A stretch of DNA of 64,000 nucleotides from Neophaeotheca triangularis (taxonomy: Eukaryota), in contig BAAIJX010000041.1 of the NCBI GenBank assembly GCA_054600435.1, positions 1-64,000 on the forward strand, read 5' to 3'. This document shows, piece after piece, positions 1-11,733 of this stretch (the first letter of the stretch is position 1; each line of letters opens with the position of its first letter). A program made the position numbers and the translations under genes. The notes beneath the pieces were generated by a model. That model was not told where the DNA came from and searched no databases. It saw only the letters and a program-made list of their open reading frames with translations.

Positions 1-122
1 ACCCTAACCCTAACCCTAACCCTAACCCTAACCCTAACCCTAACCCTAACCCTAACCCTAACCCTAACCCTAACCCTAACCCTAACCCTAACCCTAACCC
101 TAACCCTAACCCTAACCCTAAC
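1..122 (+). repeat. Telomeric tract (CCCTAA)n, left chromosome end
   Basis: 20 perfect ACCCTA units (1-120) plus AC, then unique sequence; C-rich strand at the 5' end as expected for a TTAGGG telomere. Confidence 0.98.
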
Positions 123-541
123 TCGAAGAGGGTGTCGTCGAGCAGTCAGACTGGATCCTCTTCTCGCAAATCTCTTTCGATCACCCAGATAGCCTTACAG
201 GGTTTGAACGCCCTGTCGGAAAGAAGGTTGTTCAGGTGGGCATGGCCCCCCGCGACGACCCGGAGGTGATAAAAGACTACCATGCTTGGTACAAGGAGGA
301 GCATATGCCTCGCCTTGCGACTGTGAAGGGATGGCGGGCTGGTTTCCGATATCATTTTCTGTCGAGGCATGGCGCTGGCGCAGAACCGGTACGGCCTTTC
401 CTAGCCATGCACATCTACGATGAGGAGAATGGGCTGGGTGGTGCTGCATGGAAGTCATCGATCGATCACCCATGGACAAAACGTGTGCAGTCCAATGTGA
501 CGCAGTCGAACCATAGGCGGACATGGGAAATAGTTTCGTGA
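122..541 (+). pseudogene. 5'-truncated EthD-like / dimeric alpha-beta barrel protein (C-terminal part)
   Basis: Frame is open from base 122 (LEEGVVEQSDWILFSQISFDHPDSLTGFERPVGKKVVQVGMAPRDD...) to TGA 541. YHAWYKEEHMPRLATVKGW resembles EthD-type barrels. There is no promoter space and no ATG before 242. Confidence 0.65.
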
Positions 542-1103
542 AGTGTGGCATCATGGGAGTCAGATCACTGCGATCTGGCAGCGTTTAACGCTTCATAGCA
601 GTCGACAGACCCCGAAATACATGCACCAGTTGAGCACTCAATCTATCTATCTGTGTCAGGATGTCCAAACTCAATGGGCGCCGTCTCTGATATGCCTCCT
701 CCCTCAAACGGTCTATAGCTAGAGCGTTCGTAAGCATTTTACTTCGTCATACGAACATCGACTCTGAACCCCACTATCCACACAAGTCCTAGTCTGCAAG
801 CATACCAGCCCTACTTTCCATGCATCGTTGACATCAATGGCGGGACCCATTGGAACTCACCGCGAGCTTTCACCACGGATATTGCACCTCCGCAACTGAT
901 TCTCCGCAGCGGATTCCAACCCCCGAGTCCCACCCAAACCCTTTCTATGCACTTTGGACGACCACCCACTTTGAGATATAGTATCTTTCTGTGATTTATC
1001 GCTTTGTGCGTAACAGGATCCAGTTCACCACAGAGTCTTGAATCATTCCTTTGCATTTCAAGCCATTGTCAACCTTCTGAGGTCTGAACCTCACGAGCTC
1101 AAG

Positions 1104-2898
1104 ATGCCCAAAGTAGACGACAAACCCGACGTCATGTATCTGGAAGACGCAGAATCTGGCAAGACTGACGATCGAGTCCAGTCGATCGAAGTCAGCCACG
1201 CAGACATGAAGAGCATCACTCGACGTATCGACTGGCGCCTTATCCCTGCACTAGGCATCCTATTCGGCATCTCTTTGATGGACAGAAAGAATATAGCCAA
1301 TGCTTCCATTGCAGGCCTACGGACAGATCTTGGGCTCGAGACCGGCTACCGATACGCCTTGATTGCGTCTGGGTTCTTTATAACGTATGTGCTGGCTCAG
1401 ATGCCCATGACGATCATCTGCCGCAAAATGGGTCCAAGATACTTCCTCTCCGGCGTCTGCGCCGTCTGGGGCTGTCTCATCGTCGGGTTCGGATTTATCA
1501 ACGATTGGGTCGTGATGTTTGCTCTTCGTCTGATACTGGGCATTCTGGAAGCTGGATATTACCCGGGGTGTGCCTATCTATTGCAGACCTGGTACCTCAG
1601 AGGTAAGCTCGCCTTTTCACAAAACCATTTCTCGTTGCTGATGTGGTGTAGACCAGATTGCCGTACGCTATGGTATCTTTTACTTTGTCGGTAGCTTCGC
1701 TTCCGCCCTCTCGGACATCCTCGCCTTTGGACTCATGCAGATGGAGAATGTAGGAGGTTTGAGGGGATGGCGGTGGATATTCGTTGGCGAGGGCATAGTA
1801 TGTCAAGTCCTTGGAGGGGAAACGATCGCCTGGTCTCACAACTGATATTCTCGGCAGATTACCACCGCAATTGCGATACTGTGCTTCTTCGTCCTACCGA
1901 TGTTCCCAGACCAGGAGCGCAAAAAGCCGTCTCCCAGATTTCTCAACTCTCATGAACTGGAACTGGTCAACAAGAGACTCAACGATGAACGGGGTGATGT
2001 CGATGCCGAAGACTTCTCCTGGGCCCTTTACTTCAGCTCAGCAAAAGATTTCGAGATCTTTGGCTTTGCCATGATGCAATTGTGAGTCGACAACGACATT
2101 TTGATATTGTGTCCTAGCACTGATTCGACTTTCTTCAGCTTCATTTGCACCGCGTCGTATGCATACACCTGTAGGTTATCTACACAAATCAGTGTATCCC
2201 TCCAAGTCACCTTCATACGCTGATTGCCGATGCCAGTCTACCTTCCCATCATCCTGGTCGACTCATTAGGGTTTTCCGTCGGAGCCTCACAGTGCTTGAA
2301 CGCTCCGCCTTACGCATTTGCAGGCTTCCTGATCTGGTTCTCCGCATGGTACGGTGATCGCAAACAGCTCAGGGCACCTATCATCATTGTAGTGGCATTG
2401 ATCGGGCTAGTGGGTCTGAGTATAATCGGTTTCGTGTCCAACCCATGGGGACGATATGTCGGTGCTTTCGTTGCGATAAGCGCCATCAATAGCAACATTC
2501 CGTTAATCATGACATACCAGGTGATCTGCCCCCTACATCATCCCTTTCAGAATCGATGCTGATGCTTTTTATCTCCAAGGCCGTCAACATTCGTGGGCAG
2601 TGGAAGAGAGCCTTCTCGGTTGCCCTTATGACCAGTTTCGGCGGTTCAGGAGGCGTTGCCGGCAGCTATATCTTTAGAACGCAAGACGCACCGAACTACA
2701 TCCCCGGAGTGATCGCGGTCATGGCGTATGTTCTCTCGATTCGCAACGGGAGACATTCGCTAATCTTTGAACAGCTGCATGGGGCTAACGGTCGTCTTCG
2801 GGGTGATCCTATCGGTGTATTTCAAACGACAGAACGCACGAGCCGACCGCGGCGAGATCGTGATCAACAAGAGCCCGGATTTCAGATACACTATTTGA
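1104..2898 (+). CDS. MFS transporter, anion:cation symporter (Dal5/Tna1-like) family, multi-exon
   Basis: RRIDWRLIP, MDRKNIANA, LRLILGILEAGYYPG, GWRWIF, NIRGQWKRA, FRTQDAPNY and C-terminal GFRYTI*; several short GT-AG introns join the ORF-track pieces. Confidence 0.9.
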
Positions 2899-3380
2899 GC
2901 GTGCGGCGATGCTTGGGAAGTCGAGCAGAGGTTTGTACTGAGTAGCTTTAGTAAACACATATCCCGCCTCAAAAGCATTTGTAAGCAGTATTATGCGGCT
3001 TCCATCTCGGACCTGCTGAGAGTGTCACAGCCTACATGACCAAGGACTGACTCCATTCAATTGCCTATAAGCTAAGCGACTAAAAGTATTGAAGGACTAG
3101 ATTGGCGGAACAGTCGTTTTGTTGAGCATCAACGGTAACTTTACTAGAAATACCATATCAGAACGGCCAAGCCGGTAAAGGGCCAAGGTAGGCAGTGCTA
3201 CGCTACACTCTAGGAGTTGCACTCGGGCCTTGAACGTACGACCATCGACAGCTCTTAAAGCTTGATGTGCCGCTGGTTAGAAAACCGTTTCGCGATGGCG
3301 GGCAACTCTCCAATCAAATCAACCTCGACCAGATCATTAAACCGAAGAACAATGGAGAATCTAGGGAACATCTATTCGAT

Positions 3381-4282
3381 TCACTCCGAGCTATCTGTAT
3401 CCGACGAGCATCCATAGCCTCTCAAATGGCCAAAACCACCCGCCCACGACTGCACAGAGACTCTGGAAGCGCACTGGCTCGCACTCAACCTGGAAATATC
3501 CGTCAGCAACCGACATCAATTCTAACAGCATCACGCGAAACAACATACTTGCAATATCTGAGAGAAGGCGACAAAACTTCCAGAGCAATATTCGCGGTCG
3601 GACGCAACGACGGCGTGCGAATGCGCTCTACCAATACCATCTCCGTGCTGCCTCCCTCTCTAGAAGCGAGTGGGAGACAGGTAAGCAGGGCCTCGTCGTG
3701 TTGGCCTTGGGCGGCGTACTTTTCCAAAGCCTCCAAAAGCTTGGGAGCGTTGCCTTCGGTAACCTCGTAAGAAGTCGTCACCATGATGTCTTTAGACGAA
3801 GAAGCGGACAGGATGTTGGTCTCGTCGTCTCGGACCAGCCACCATGTGAGCGTTGCCGGCTCCATGAGTGTCAAAGATGGCGGTCGCTCGAACAGGTTGT
3901 CCCGTGGGACGATTTGGCGCATTTTCTTGTACTGTTCGCCTGAGCGATGGGTCTCGGTGAGGTCTGTCTCCTGTTCGTACCTGCTGGGATAAGCGGTTGT
4001 CTTTGGTTTGCTAGAAGTAGTGTAGTGATTGAGCGACTTACACTTCCAAGCCAAAAACGTGAGGGCCGTCTAGGGTATTGTCGGTGGCCTTTGGTAGCCA
4101 ACAGTACGATTTATTCTGATGCTCGTGCTCAAGGGTGTGAGCAGCAATGTCGCGGAACAGATCAAGTGTCTAATATCTCGTCAATGGCATGATCCGGGCG
4201 AAGCTCTATCTTCTTAGAAAGGCACCTTTGCTTCCTTCTCCCCCGACACAAACGGAATCGTCATAGCTAAAGCGAGAGGCAT
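3381..4282 (-). CDS. Putative ABM-type (antibiotic biosynthesis monooxygenase-like) dimeric alpha+beta barrel protein, 4 exons
   Basis: Spliced by eye: MPLALAMTIPFVSGEKEAK / TLDLFRDIAAHTLEHEHQNKSYCW...VFGLEV / YEQETDLTETHRSGEQYKKMR...LRYC / KLSASQCASRVSVQSWAGGFGHLRG...*. The LEVY...H.S..YK pattern is ABM-like. Confidence 0.55.
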
Positions 4283-4627
4283 TATTGCAGGGTATTTTCC
4301 AGCGTTTCTTACAGCAGGATTTCAAGGAGTTCGAAGTCGTTGACTGATGAATTGTCGAGGCGAAGCAGATCACACCCCCGAGCTCCAGAAAATAGGTCAT
4401 AATTACCTTCGACCCGACCGACACTTCGTCGATTCATTGAGCAGAATCCCCGAGCTGAATGCGTGTTGCGGATTTGCAACGCCGGAGAGTGCAAGGAGAC
4501 GGACTTCTAACCCCGACCAACAACACCTCACGCTGATACTATAGAGCCGAGCTAAACTGCCTAACACTCAAAAGATGTGGGCGACATCTCTCATTCCCCC
4601 GTTTCCAAGCGCCTAAAAATCGTACAC

Positions 4628-5521
4628 ATGGCGACTCCGCTCCTCGACGACGCCTTCATCGCACACCTAGCCAGCATTGGGCACAGAGACGGATCGCCGT
4701 ATACATGGCAGCTGTCGGCTCTTGTGGCGCTGGGCGGCTACAATTACGCCGAGGAGATACCTCATTTGTACAAACGGCTCTTGGATGAGTATATACCCGA
4801 GCAGGAACAGAAAGCGGAAACTCGTAAATTCCGGGAGGCGCTGACGAAAGCGTGCGGTATTTGGGGCGCGGCCAAGGTGCGAAATCATGTGGTGGTGGTG
4901 GTGGTATGCTCGTGAAATCAAGGGCCTCGGTTGACTGATTGCCACAGACTGGGGAGGCAGTGAGGGCTCTTGCGAGCGTTATTCCTCCGGAGCTGGACGA
5001 TCGGACGTGCTATAGGTAGGTTCACGTCGTGGTCTCCCTCCGCACGAAAGCTGACAATTCAGGGAACACGAAACGTTGGAAAGCGCTACGCAGAGGGGTC
5101 ATAAGATGTGGCACGACATCTACGAACCAATCCCAGGCTACGACCTCCAAATGACCGAAAAAGCTTGCCCGGACTACGCGTGGATTGCGAGCAGTAAGTC
5201 GAATACTCCAACCCGGCTTGAACTCGAACCGAGCCATTAAAAGGCGCATCAGATCTTTTGTACGGCTTCGTCTTCTCCTTCGATCAGATTCTACCCTACC
5301 AAGAATCCGCGCAAGCGATGGTGAGCGCTCTATACAGTATAGACTGCCCGAACCAGGCTCGCAACCATATGAAGGGTATGATGCTACAGGGGGCGCGAAG
5401 GGATGATATCGAGGCTTTTCGCGCCGTTGTGCTTACGATAGGGGAGAAGTTGGGGGTAAGGTTCAAGAACGAGCCCATCCCGGTGCCACAGATGGTAGAG
5501 AGGCGGGAGGTAGCCGAGTAA
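4628..5521 (+). CDS. AhpD / carboxymuconolactone decarboxylase-like protein, multi-exon
   Basis: KFREALTKACGIWGAAK, YGFVFSFDQIL...ALYSIDCPNQARNHMKGMMLQGARRDDI match the fungal AhpD-like pattern; GT-AG introns present. Confidence 0.75.
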
Positions 5522-5639
5522 CAGCTAGGCCTAATATCTATAAAACAACGCTCTTACCGACAACCTCGCGCTCGTACGCAGACGTATTCGTTTTTGTCGC
5601 ATAACAGTGATGCCTAAATCCCTCACAACAGTGGAGAAC

Positions 5640-6495
5640 GCTATAACTCATACTACTCCTCTTACCTACCTAGCTATAACCCCTCCCTAGAGACATAAAA
5701 GAGCCCTAGGCACTCCCCTCCTAAATCCCGGCCGACCCCTCGAAATAACACTTTACTTAAGGGCCCTATAGGTATAATAGTAGTATATAGTATTACTCTT
5801 TTCCTTAGTAAAGACACTACTAACGTTTTATACGAGGATACTAACATAGGCGCTATATATAGGGCTATATAAAGGAGATACTTATAGGAGTAGCTTATAG
5901 ACAAGCTACTAGAGAGGGAGGCAATTCTAATGACTATAGCGCTAATAGGATAATAGTAGCCTAGCTATAGAGAGCTTAGGAGTGCTAAGTATATACACTA
6001 TAAAAGTTTATAAGATAGCTAATAGAGAACCTTCCTATTAGCTATTAATTAGCTTCTACATTAAAGGACTATTACTATTATTACTATTATTACGTTCTGC
6101 CTTTACTATACCATAATCCTAGGGTTATGGTTTTTTTTTGTTAAGGATATGTATCTATCTATAAGAGTATTAGTATAGTTAGCTTAAGGCTTAGTTGCGC
6201 TAGCTTAGGACTAGATTAGAGATGTTAGGGTATTATGTGTTATATCACATGACGCGGCTTGGCAAAGCTACCACCTTCTTCTCTATGTCTTTATAGTTAC
6301 TAAATACTAATAAATTGAAAATGTTTCTTTAACACGACTTCCTAATTACGTAATGGCAGTAGACTCTACTATGTATAAAACTTATGCAGTTATATAGCTA
6401 TACGTTGATAACGAGCTGTAATCCTACTAAAAACTAGCGGCTATACTAGCGTAGACTTCCTACTCTCCCTAAGATTTTTCCTATTCTCCCTATTA
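5640..6495. mobile_element. AT-rich RIP-degraded repeat relic
   Basis: Abrupt AT-rich, TpA-rich and CpA/TpG-poor sequence with no credible ORF; boundaries approximate. Confidence 0.7.
6139..6334. mobile_element. Possible LTR remnant (~196 bp) inside the RIP patch
   Basis: Begins TGTTAAGGA and ends TCTTTAACA (TG...CA, 8/9 inverted match), with AATAAA near the end; no matching TSD seen. Confidence 0.35.
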
Positions 6496-6773
6496 GGTCC
6501 GGTGACTTCGAGCGACCGACATTATGCGACCGATAGAACGACAAGGTGTAGGCATGCAGCTCGATATTGCAGTGGGTATATGAATCGCTTTTCGCATGTT
6601 ATTACCAACTCTTGCTCGTATCACGGCTCCGATATATATAGAGTTAATGCACCTACCTCAAACAAGAAGGGCTTGGTGTAGACAATAACAATTGACTGCT
6701 CCTTAAGTACCTGTCTACGACTCGCTCTTCTTAACCAACGAAATTTACTAACAACCTAACATTTCCTACCACG

Positions 6774-7818
6774 ATGAAATTCGCCCTCGCCCTCGTCAGT
6801 CTGACCGCCCTCGTCGGCGCCGACGACACCTCATGCCCACTGAATTCTACCTCTACACGGAGCTACGATAGGACTACCACGTCACGCTCCACGTTCTGGG
6901 TTGACGCCGTGACACCTCTACCGAGCACGACAATAACACTCGCCAACTTCGAAACTACTGGGACCGTCACAAGTACTGTCCCTGGCGTCACCACTTTCTT
7001 CGTCTGCGAGACGACCACTACTGAGTAAGTGCCGTCCTAACCCACGTTCGGAGACGACTTGACGTTAACCGCCTCGGCACAGGTTCGTGGACCATGTCCC
7101 GACAGCATACACTGGCAACTTCTCTTCGTCGTCCCTTCGTGCCTCGACTTCCTGCGCTCCGCAGACGACTGTGTTCGACGAGTACCTGGCTACGGAGACT
7201 GTGACGCCTACCTTCACCCGTGACGAGTATACCGTCACCGAGTACTATACCACACCTTACGAGGCCACCTACGAAGTCACATCTGGCTTGAGTACGACGA
7301 CAACACAAGGAAACAGGGGCTGCACTCATACCGTGACCTCCGCTACTGCGACAGCCGCCACCTCCACTCAAGACCTCAAGTGCGCCCCGTCAAACCTCAT
7401 TGGAACTGACGGAAAGGCCGGCGAGCCTGGCAGAGCCTCTGTCGCCGATGGCATCGCATCGTACGGTTCCGGAGCAAGCACGCCCGAAGGTTTCCAAGAC
7501 CGTGCTGGTGCTCACAAAGATGCCTCGGCCTGCTGCCAGGCGTGCCAGGATGACCCCAGTTGCAAGGGCTCTCTGTTCGCTGGTTTCACAAATAACTACC
7601 CAACTTGGAGGCCACCATTCTGTCAACATTGGCTCAAGGATTCCCACGATGATGCGTCCGGCACTTGTGGCATTGCTTTCACTATCTTCCCTGGTGACCA
7701 AGCCTGGGGTCAGACCGGCTGCGGTGTCGTCGCCGAGAATGTATATGCTCCAGGCCCGTGCAGCGAGGGCATGAGCCCCCGGCAATGTCAGCGAAGTGCT
7801 GGTAGAGAAATCCGCTAA
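6774..7818 (+). CDS. Secreted Thr-rich, Cys-rich protein with an Apple/PAN-like C-terminal domain (2 exons)
   Basis: Signal peptide MKFALALVSLTALVGA; intron GTAAGT at 7025 to CAG at 7082; Thr-rich stalk followed by ASACCQACQDDPSCKGSLF...FC...C. Confidence 0.75.
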
Positions 7819-8043
7819 GAGTAGTTGACTGGGTGGGAGATAGCATGCTGGTGCGGAGCATGGCTACTAATGAGCCCTCTTGAGCGTGCAGGTGGGGGCG
7901 CAAGACCAAGCGTAGATGAAAGACCGCGGAAAGATCATAGGAATATACACGATAGAAAGACTCAAACCGTTCCATCATCGCGCTGTTCAAAACGCTACTC
8001 CTAAAGCCTTGACTCGTTTTCCACCCTACTTGATCCAACTCAA

Positions 8044-9093
8044 CTATCTCGAACCCCGAAAGAACCACGCAGCCCCAACAAGCACCACAGGCAACACGAC
8101 CCACGACACCCGCCTCTTCAGTCCACTGAGAAGATCCATCCACCAAAGCACCCCAATTAGCTCTTTGATAAACAATGCTTCATTGACATTCGGCATAGCC
8201 TCTCTCGGTACTGGCTTGTCAAGGAACTTGCACAACGGCTCCCAGCCTTGCGAAACGTGGTAGACCAACAGCCTATCATCGGGAACGACGGCGCGGATGT
8301 GTGCGTTGTGGGCCTGGTAGCCGCGGCGGAGGGCTTGCATATCGTGCACGTCGCCGGAGGTGAGGATGCGGAGGCTATGACGGACTTGAGGGATGAAGTA
8401 GCTGGCGTGAAGCTGGAGTATCCACGTCAGGCGGCATGATCGGCGGGGTGTCACGGGGAGGCGGATAGCAACATACCGAGTCAATCATCTCGACTAGCGG
8501 CCAGCTCTTCCAACTCAAAACCTTGTAAAAGGAATTTTGCATTGAGCGGACCCAGGCGCTTTCGTCGCGCTCGGTGAGAATGACTTTAGCGTCAGGGTAA
8601 GCAGCGAGGAGCTCATCGGCGAAAAGGACGGCGGGAATGTCCGTGACGGCCTGGATAGCGATTAGCCATGGTTTGGGGCATTGGATGTGTACTGGCGTGG
8701 TGCAAAAAGGCCCACCTGATACCGCCAAAGCAAGCGGTCGAAATGCTCCGGTGTTTCCAGCCTTGCTGATTGCGGCCCGTACAAGTATTTGGCTTCGATA
8801 CCTTCTACCCATGTTTTCAGCGAGCCGTTGCTGTTGTCGCGTCCAGCTTCGGTCGCATGGTAGCAATTGAGTCCGAGCTTGTTGAGGGCGAGATAGAGGG
8901 CTGTATGACGGTCAGCAATGACAGACATCCTTGGTTGACTTGATGGAGGCTTCAACATACACATTGTGCCTGTTCGTGATAGCCCTAGGCATAGCACTTC
9001 CATGGATTTTGTCCGTGGTTGTGGAGCTTGAATTGGATGGGGTGTGATCTCGTAGCCTTGCGCTCGGGCGTCCGCGAGCATCTTTGCGGCCAT
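8044..9093 (-). CDS. P-loop sulfotransferase-like protein (Sulfotransfer_4 family), multi-exon
   Basis: VLCLGLSRTGT, AVTDIPAVLFADELLAAYPDAKVILTERD..AWVRSM, HNAHIRAVVPDDRLLVYHVSQGWEPLCKFL; hydrophobic C-terminal tail. Confidence 0.88.
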
Positions 9094-9447
9094 GGCGGGG
9101 ATAGTATAGGAGGTCCGGAAACGGCGAATTTGACGACGGTGCGTAGAAAGTAACCAGCAGAGAACAATTATAGGGCAGAGGCAGTCGTACATTCAAGTAC
9201 TTGACACGCGGCGTCCGGGCTGAGCGTTCCCGAGATGGTCCTATTTACGGCTGCGGCAGCACACAATCGTGTGATCGGCCTGCTGACAATATTCGCGTTC
9301 GAGTTCAAGTACGATGTGTTCCGGCAGGGAGGTCGTCCATGCGCTTACAAAAGACAGATGAAGCCTCAGCCGCACCTTGGCATCCAATGGATGCCTTGAG
9401 CGCATGTATCTGACAGCGTACAGTGGGCAAATCAGCAGAGCATGTTC

Positions 9448-10392
9448 TCACGCCTTCACTTTGGGCTTGACTCTCGGGTGCATGAGCAAATGGTCCGGTT
9501 TCCTAGGCCGTCCCCGTTTCCTAGGCTGATCTTCAACAGCCGGAGGTTCCCCATTCGCTTCCCTCGCCTTTGCTGCTTCCGCAACTTTGGCCTTCTTCAT
9601 TTGGTAGACTTTCGGATCGATGCGCGGGACTTTGAGCAAGTGGTCCGGTTTGCGCGGCCGTCCTCGTCGCTCTTTCTTCGCCTCGGGCGTCGTTGTAGCA
9701 GCTTCGACGTTGGCATTGGGTTGCGATTCGTTGCGTATAGTCTGACTGCGAGAACCACGTCGCTCGGCAATAGAAGCTGAGGGGTTCGAGTCGTTCCTTG
9801 GAGTCTGAGAGCTGTCGACGGTCTTGAGTGTGTGCTCAGGTGTTGGTGTGGGTACAGCGACGGGCGCTGGTGGTCTTCCGTTGAGCCGGGATATATTAAG
9901 TGTCTGCGATATCTTTCTCGGTCTCCCTGGTTTTTGTTTCGCGACAGGCCCTGGCGCGAGTAAGGCCGCTTCGTCCTTCATTGCGATCTGGCGTGGTCTA
10001 GGCGGCTGGCCGTTCTTACGAGGCCGGCCGCGCGGGCGTTTGGCTGCAATGTTCGGCGCCAATTCGCCGGGTAGTGAAGTCGCATTTTCCTCCCCTCGCT
10101 CCTCCTCTTCCTCTCCTTCGTCATGTTCGTCCAGCACTGGCGTCTTCGGCGGGGGAATATCTGCTACAGCTTCTACCTTTGCATCTCGACGTGGATGCTT
10201 GAGTAGGTGATCGAGTTTCTTCGGCCTGCCTCTTCCTCGTCGCTCTACTGGCGCATTGGTATCGATAAGCGCGTTCGTTTCGCTAATGGGTCGGACGCGT
10301 TTGAATCGCGATTCGGGCTCAGGGCTGCCCGCTTTGCGCTTCGGGGGGCGGCCGCGCTTCTTGGGAGCCGGTGCTGGATTGTCGTCTGCCAT
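9448..10392 (-). CDS. Multi-AT-hook (HMGA-like) DNA-binding protein
   Basis: Intronless ORF with six GRP-core AT-hooks (KKRGRPPK, RGRGRPKK, RPRGRPRK, KPGRPRK, RRGRPRK, KRGRPRK) and an acidic stretch; start taken at MADDNP. Confidence 0.85.
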   Translation of the reverse strand: MADDNPAPAPKKRGRPPKRKAGSPEPESRFKRVRPISETNALIDTNAPVERRGRGRPKKLDHLLKHPRRDAKVEAVADIPPPKTPVLDEHDEGEEEEERGEENATSLPGELAPNIAAKRPRGRPRKNGQPPRPRQIAMKDEAALLAPGPVAKQKPGRPRKISQTLNISRLNGRPPAPVAVPTPTPEHTLKTVDSSQTPRNDSNPSASIAERRGSRSQTIRNESQPNANVEAATTTPEAKKERRGRPRKPDHLLKVPRIDPKVYQMKKAKVAEAAKAREANGEPPAVEDQPRKRGRPRKPDHLLMHPRVKPKVKA

Positions 10393-11733
10393 GCTTGCTC
10401 TGATATGAGCGGCGGTTTTGGTGATGATGGAAGGCTTGGGGGAGACGTGAGTAGAGGGAGGATGCATAGTGAGCTACGAACAAAGAGCAACTTGGGTAGT
10501 AGTAGACATCACGAGGCAGGGCGTTAACCCAGCTTAGGTAGGTACGGTAGGTTTGGATGTAGGCGGGGCAGAGAAACTATCTATGGACATTAGTCAGCAC
10601 AACAACGAACGATGAGGTCCAGTGGGACAGCCCAAGCCCAGGTGAAAGTCTACCTCCTGCCTACGCTCCCTCTTATCCAAGAAACATCCCGACCGGAAGA
10701 GGCATACAAGAGCGGCGACTGCTCGAAAGCAGCAGCAAGCTCCAGAATCGTCTCATGCTCCCAACCGAAGGCATTTCCCTACAACACTGGGCCCAACCAG
10801 CACATGGATCAATCCTGAGCCTCGCAATGAATATTCACCTCCTCGAAGCCATGGAAATCAAAGCGAGACGACAAAAATAAGCGAGAAGATCGCAAATGAC
10901 ACCAAGCCGTGAACAAATTCGATGTCAGTCTCCCGCATACTCTGAGGTGTCATTTAGCAGCCATGGGAACGGCAGAGCGCCAGTTGGGCCCGAACTTCCC
11001 TCGATTGGGGGTTGATGGTGACGCTCGGAGCCAGACATCTTACTCCTGCAGAGTTGGAGCAGCTCGCCCACGGGGCTGGTATGAAGGTCGTGAACTTTTG
11101 GCGGCACCCACAAGGGCTGGATTCACTCGTCCAATGTGAGTTGGCTTGAATTGCGACGAATCGGGATGGGGCGTGGGCCGGTCTTTTCTCTGGCCACTCA
11201 GCCTACGGTAGACTTTTGAATAATTGCATGCTCGTTGGCCCAGCCTGGTGCCTACGACTACTCCCCTATCTTTGGATCATGCCACTATAGGCGTTTAGGT
11301 TTCCCCGTTCATGCGCTCCGACTTTGTGCTTGCATGGCAGTAGGACTCGTATACCTCGCTGCTTCTAGGCCTGGCTAGCGGCCATCTATTGATCGTCTGC
11401 CTACGTACTCCCAGCGCTGGTCTGCATCGTATGTAGTAGACGCAAACTCTAAGCTTGACATGTAAAAGTGCTGCGTTCAAAGCCCATGGCAGTGCCGCCG
11501 TGGCTGGCATAGACACTCTAACTGCTGAACGACCGGCCAATACCTTTGGAAGGCTTTGCAATTGTTCGCCTTGATTGAGTTGAACGTTAGGACGAACGAA
11601 CGTAGCTCGACCGCCCGTCGTGTCACTTGAGAGTTGAGTCTCGCCACGGCAACAACTTGATGAAGACTTGATTCTCCCCTAACCAAAAGCCAACACAGTT
11701 CACAAGTCCTAGCTAGAAGCAATTCCACACCGA

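Noticed and set aside
10600..11700. Short ORFs between the AT-hook and antiporter genes
   Set aside because: No family resemblance; probably promoter or UTR.
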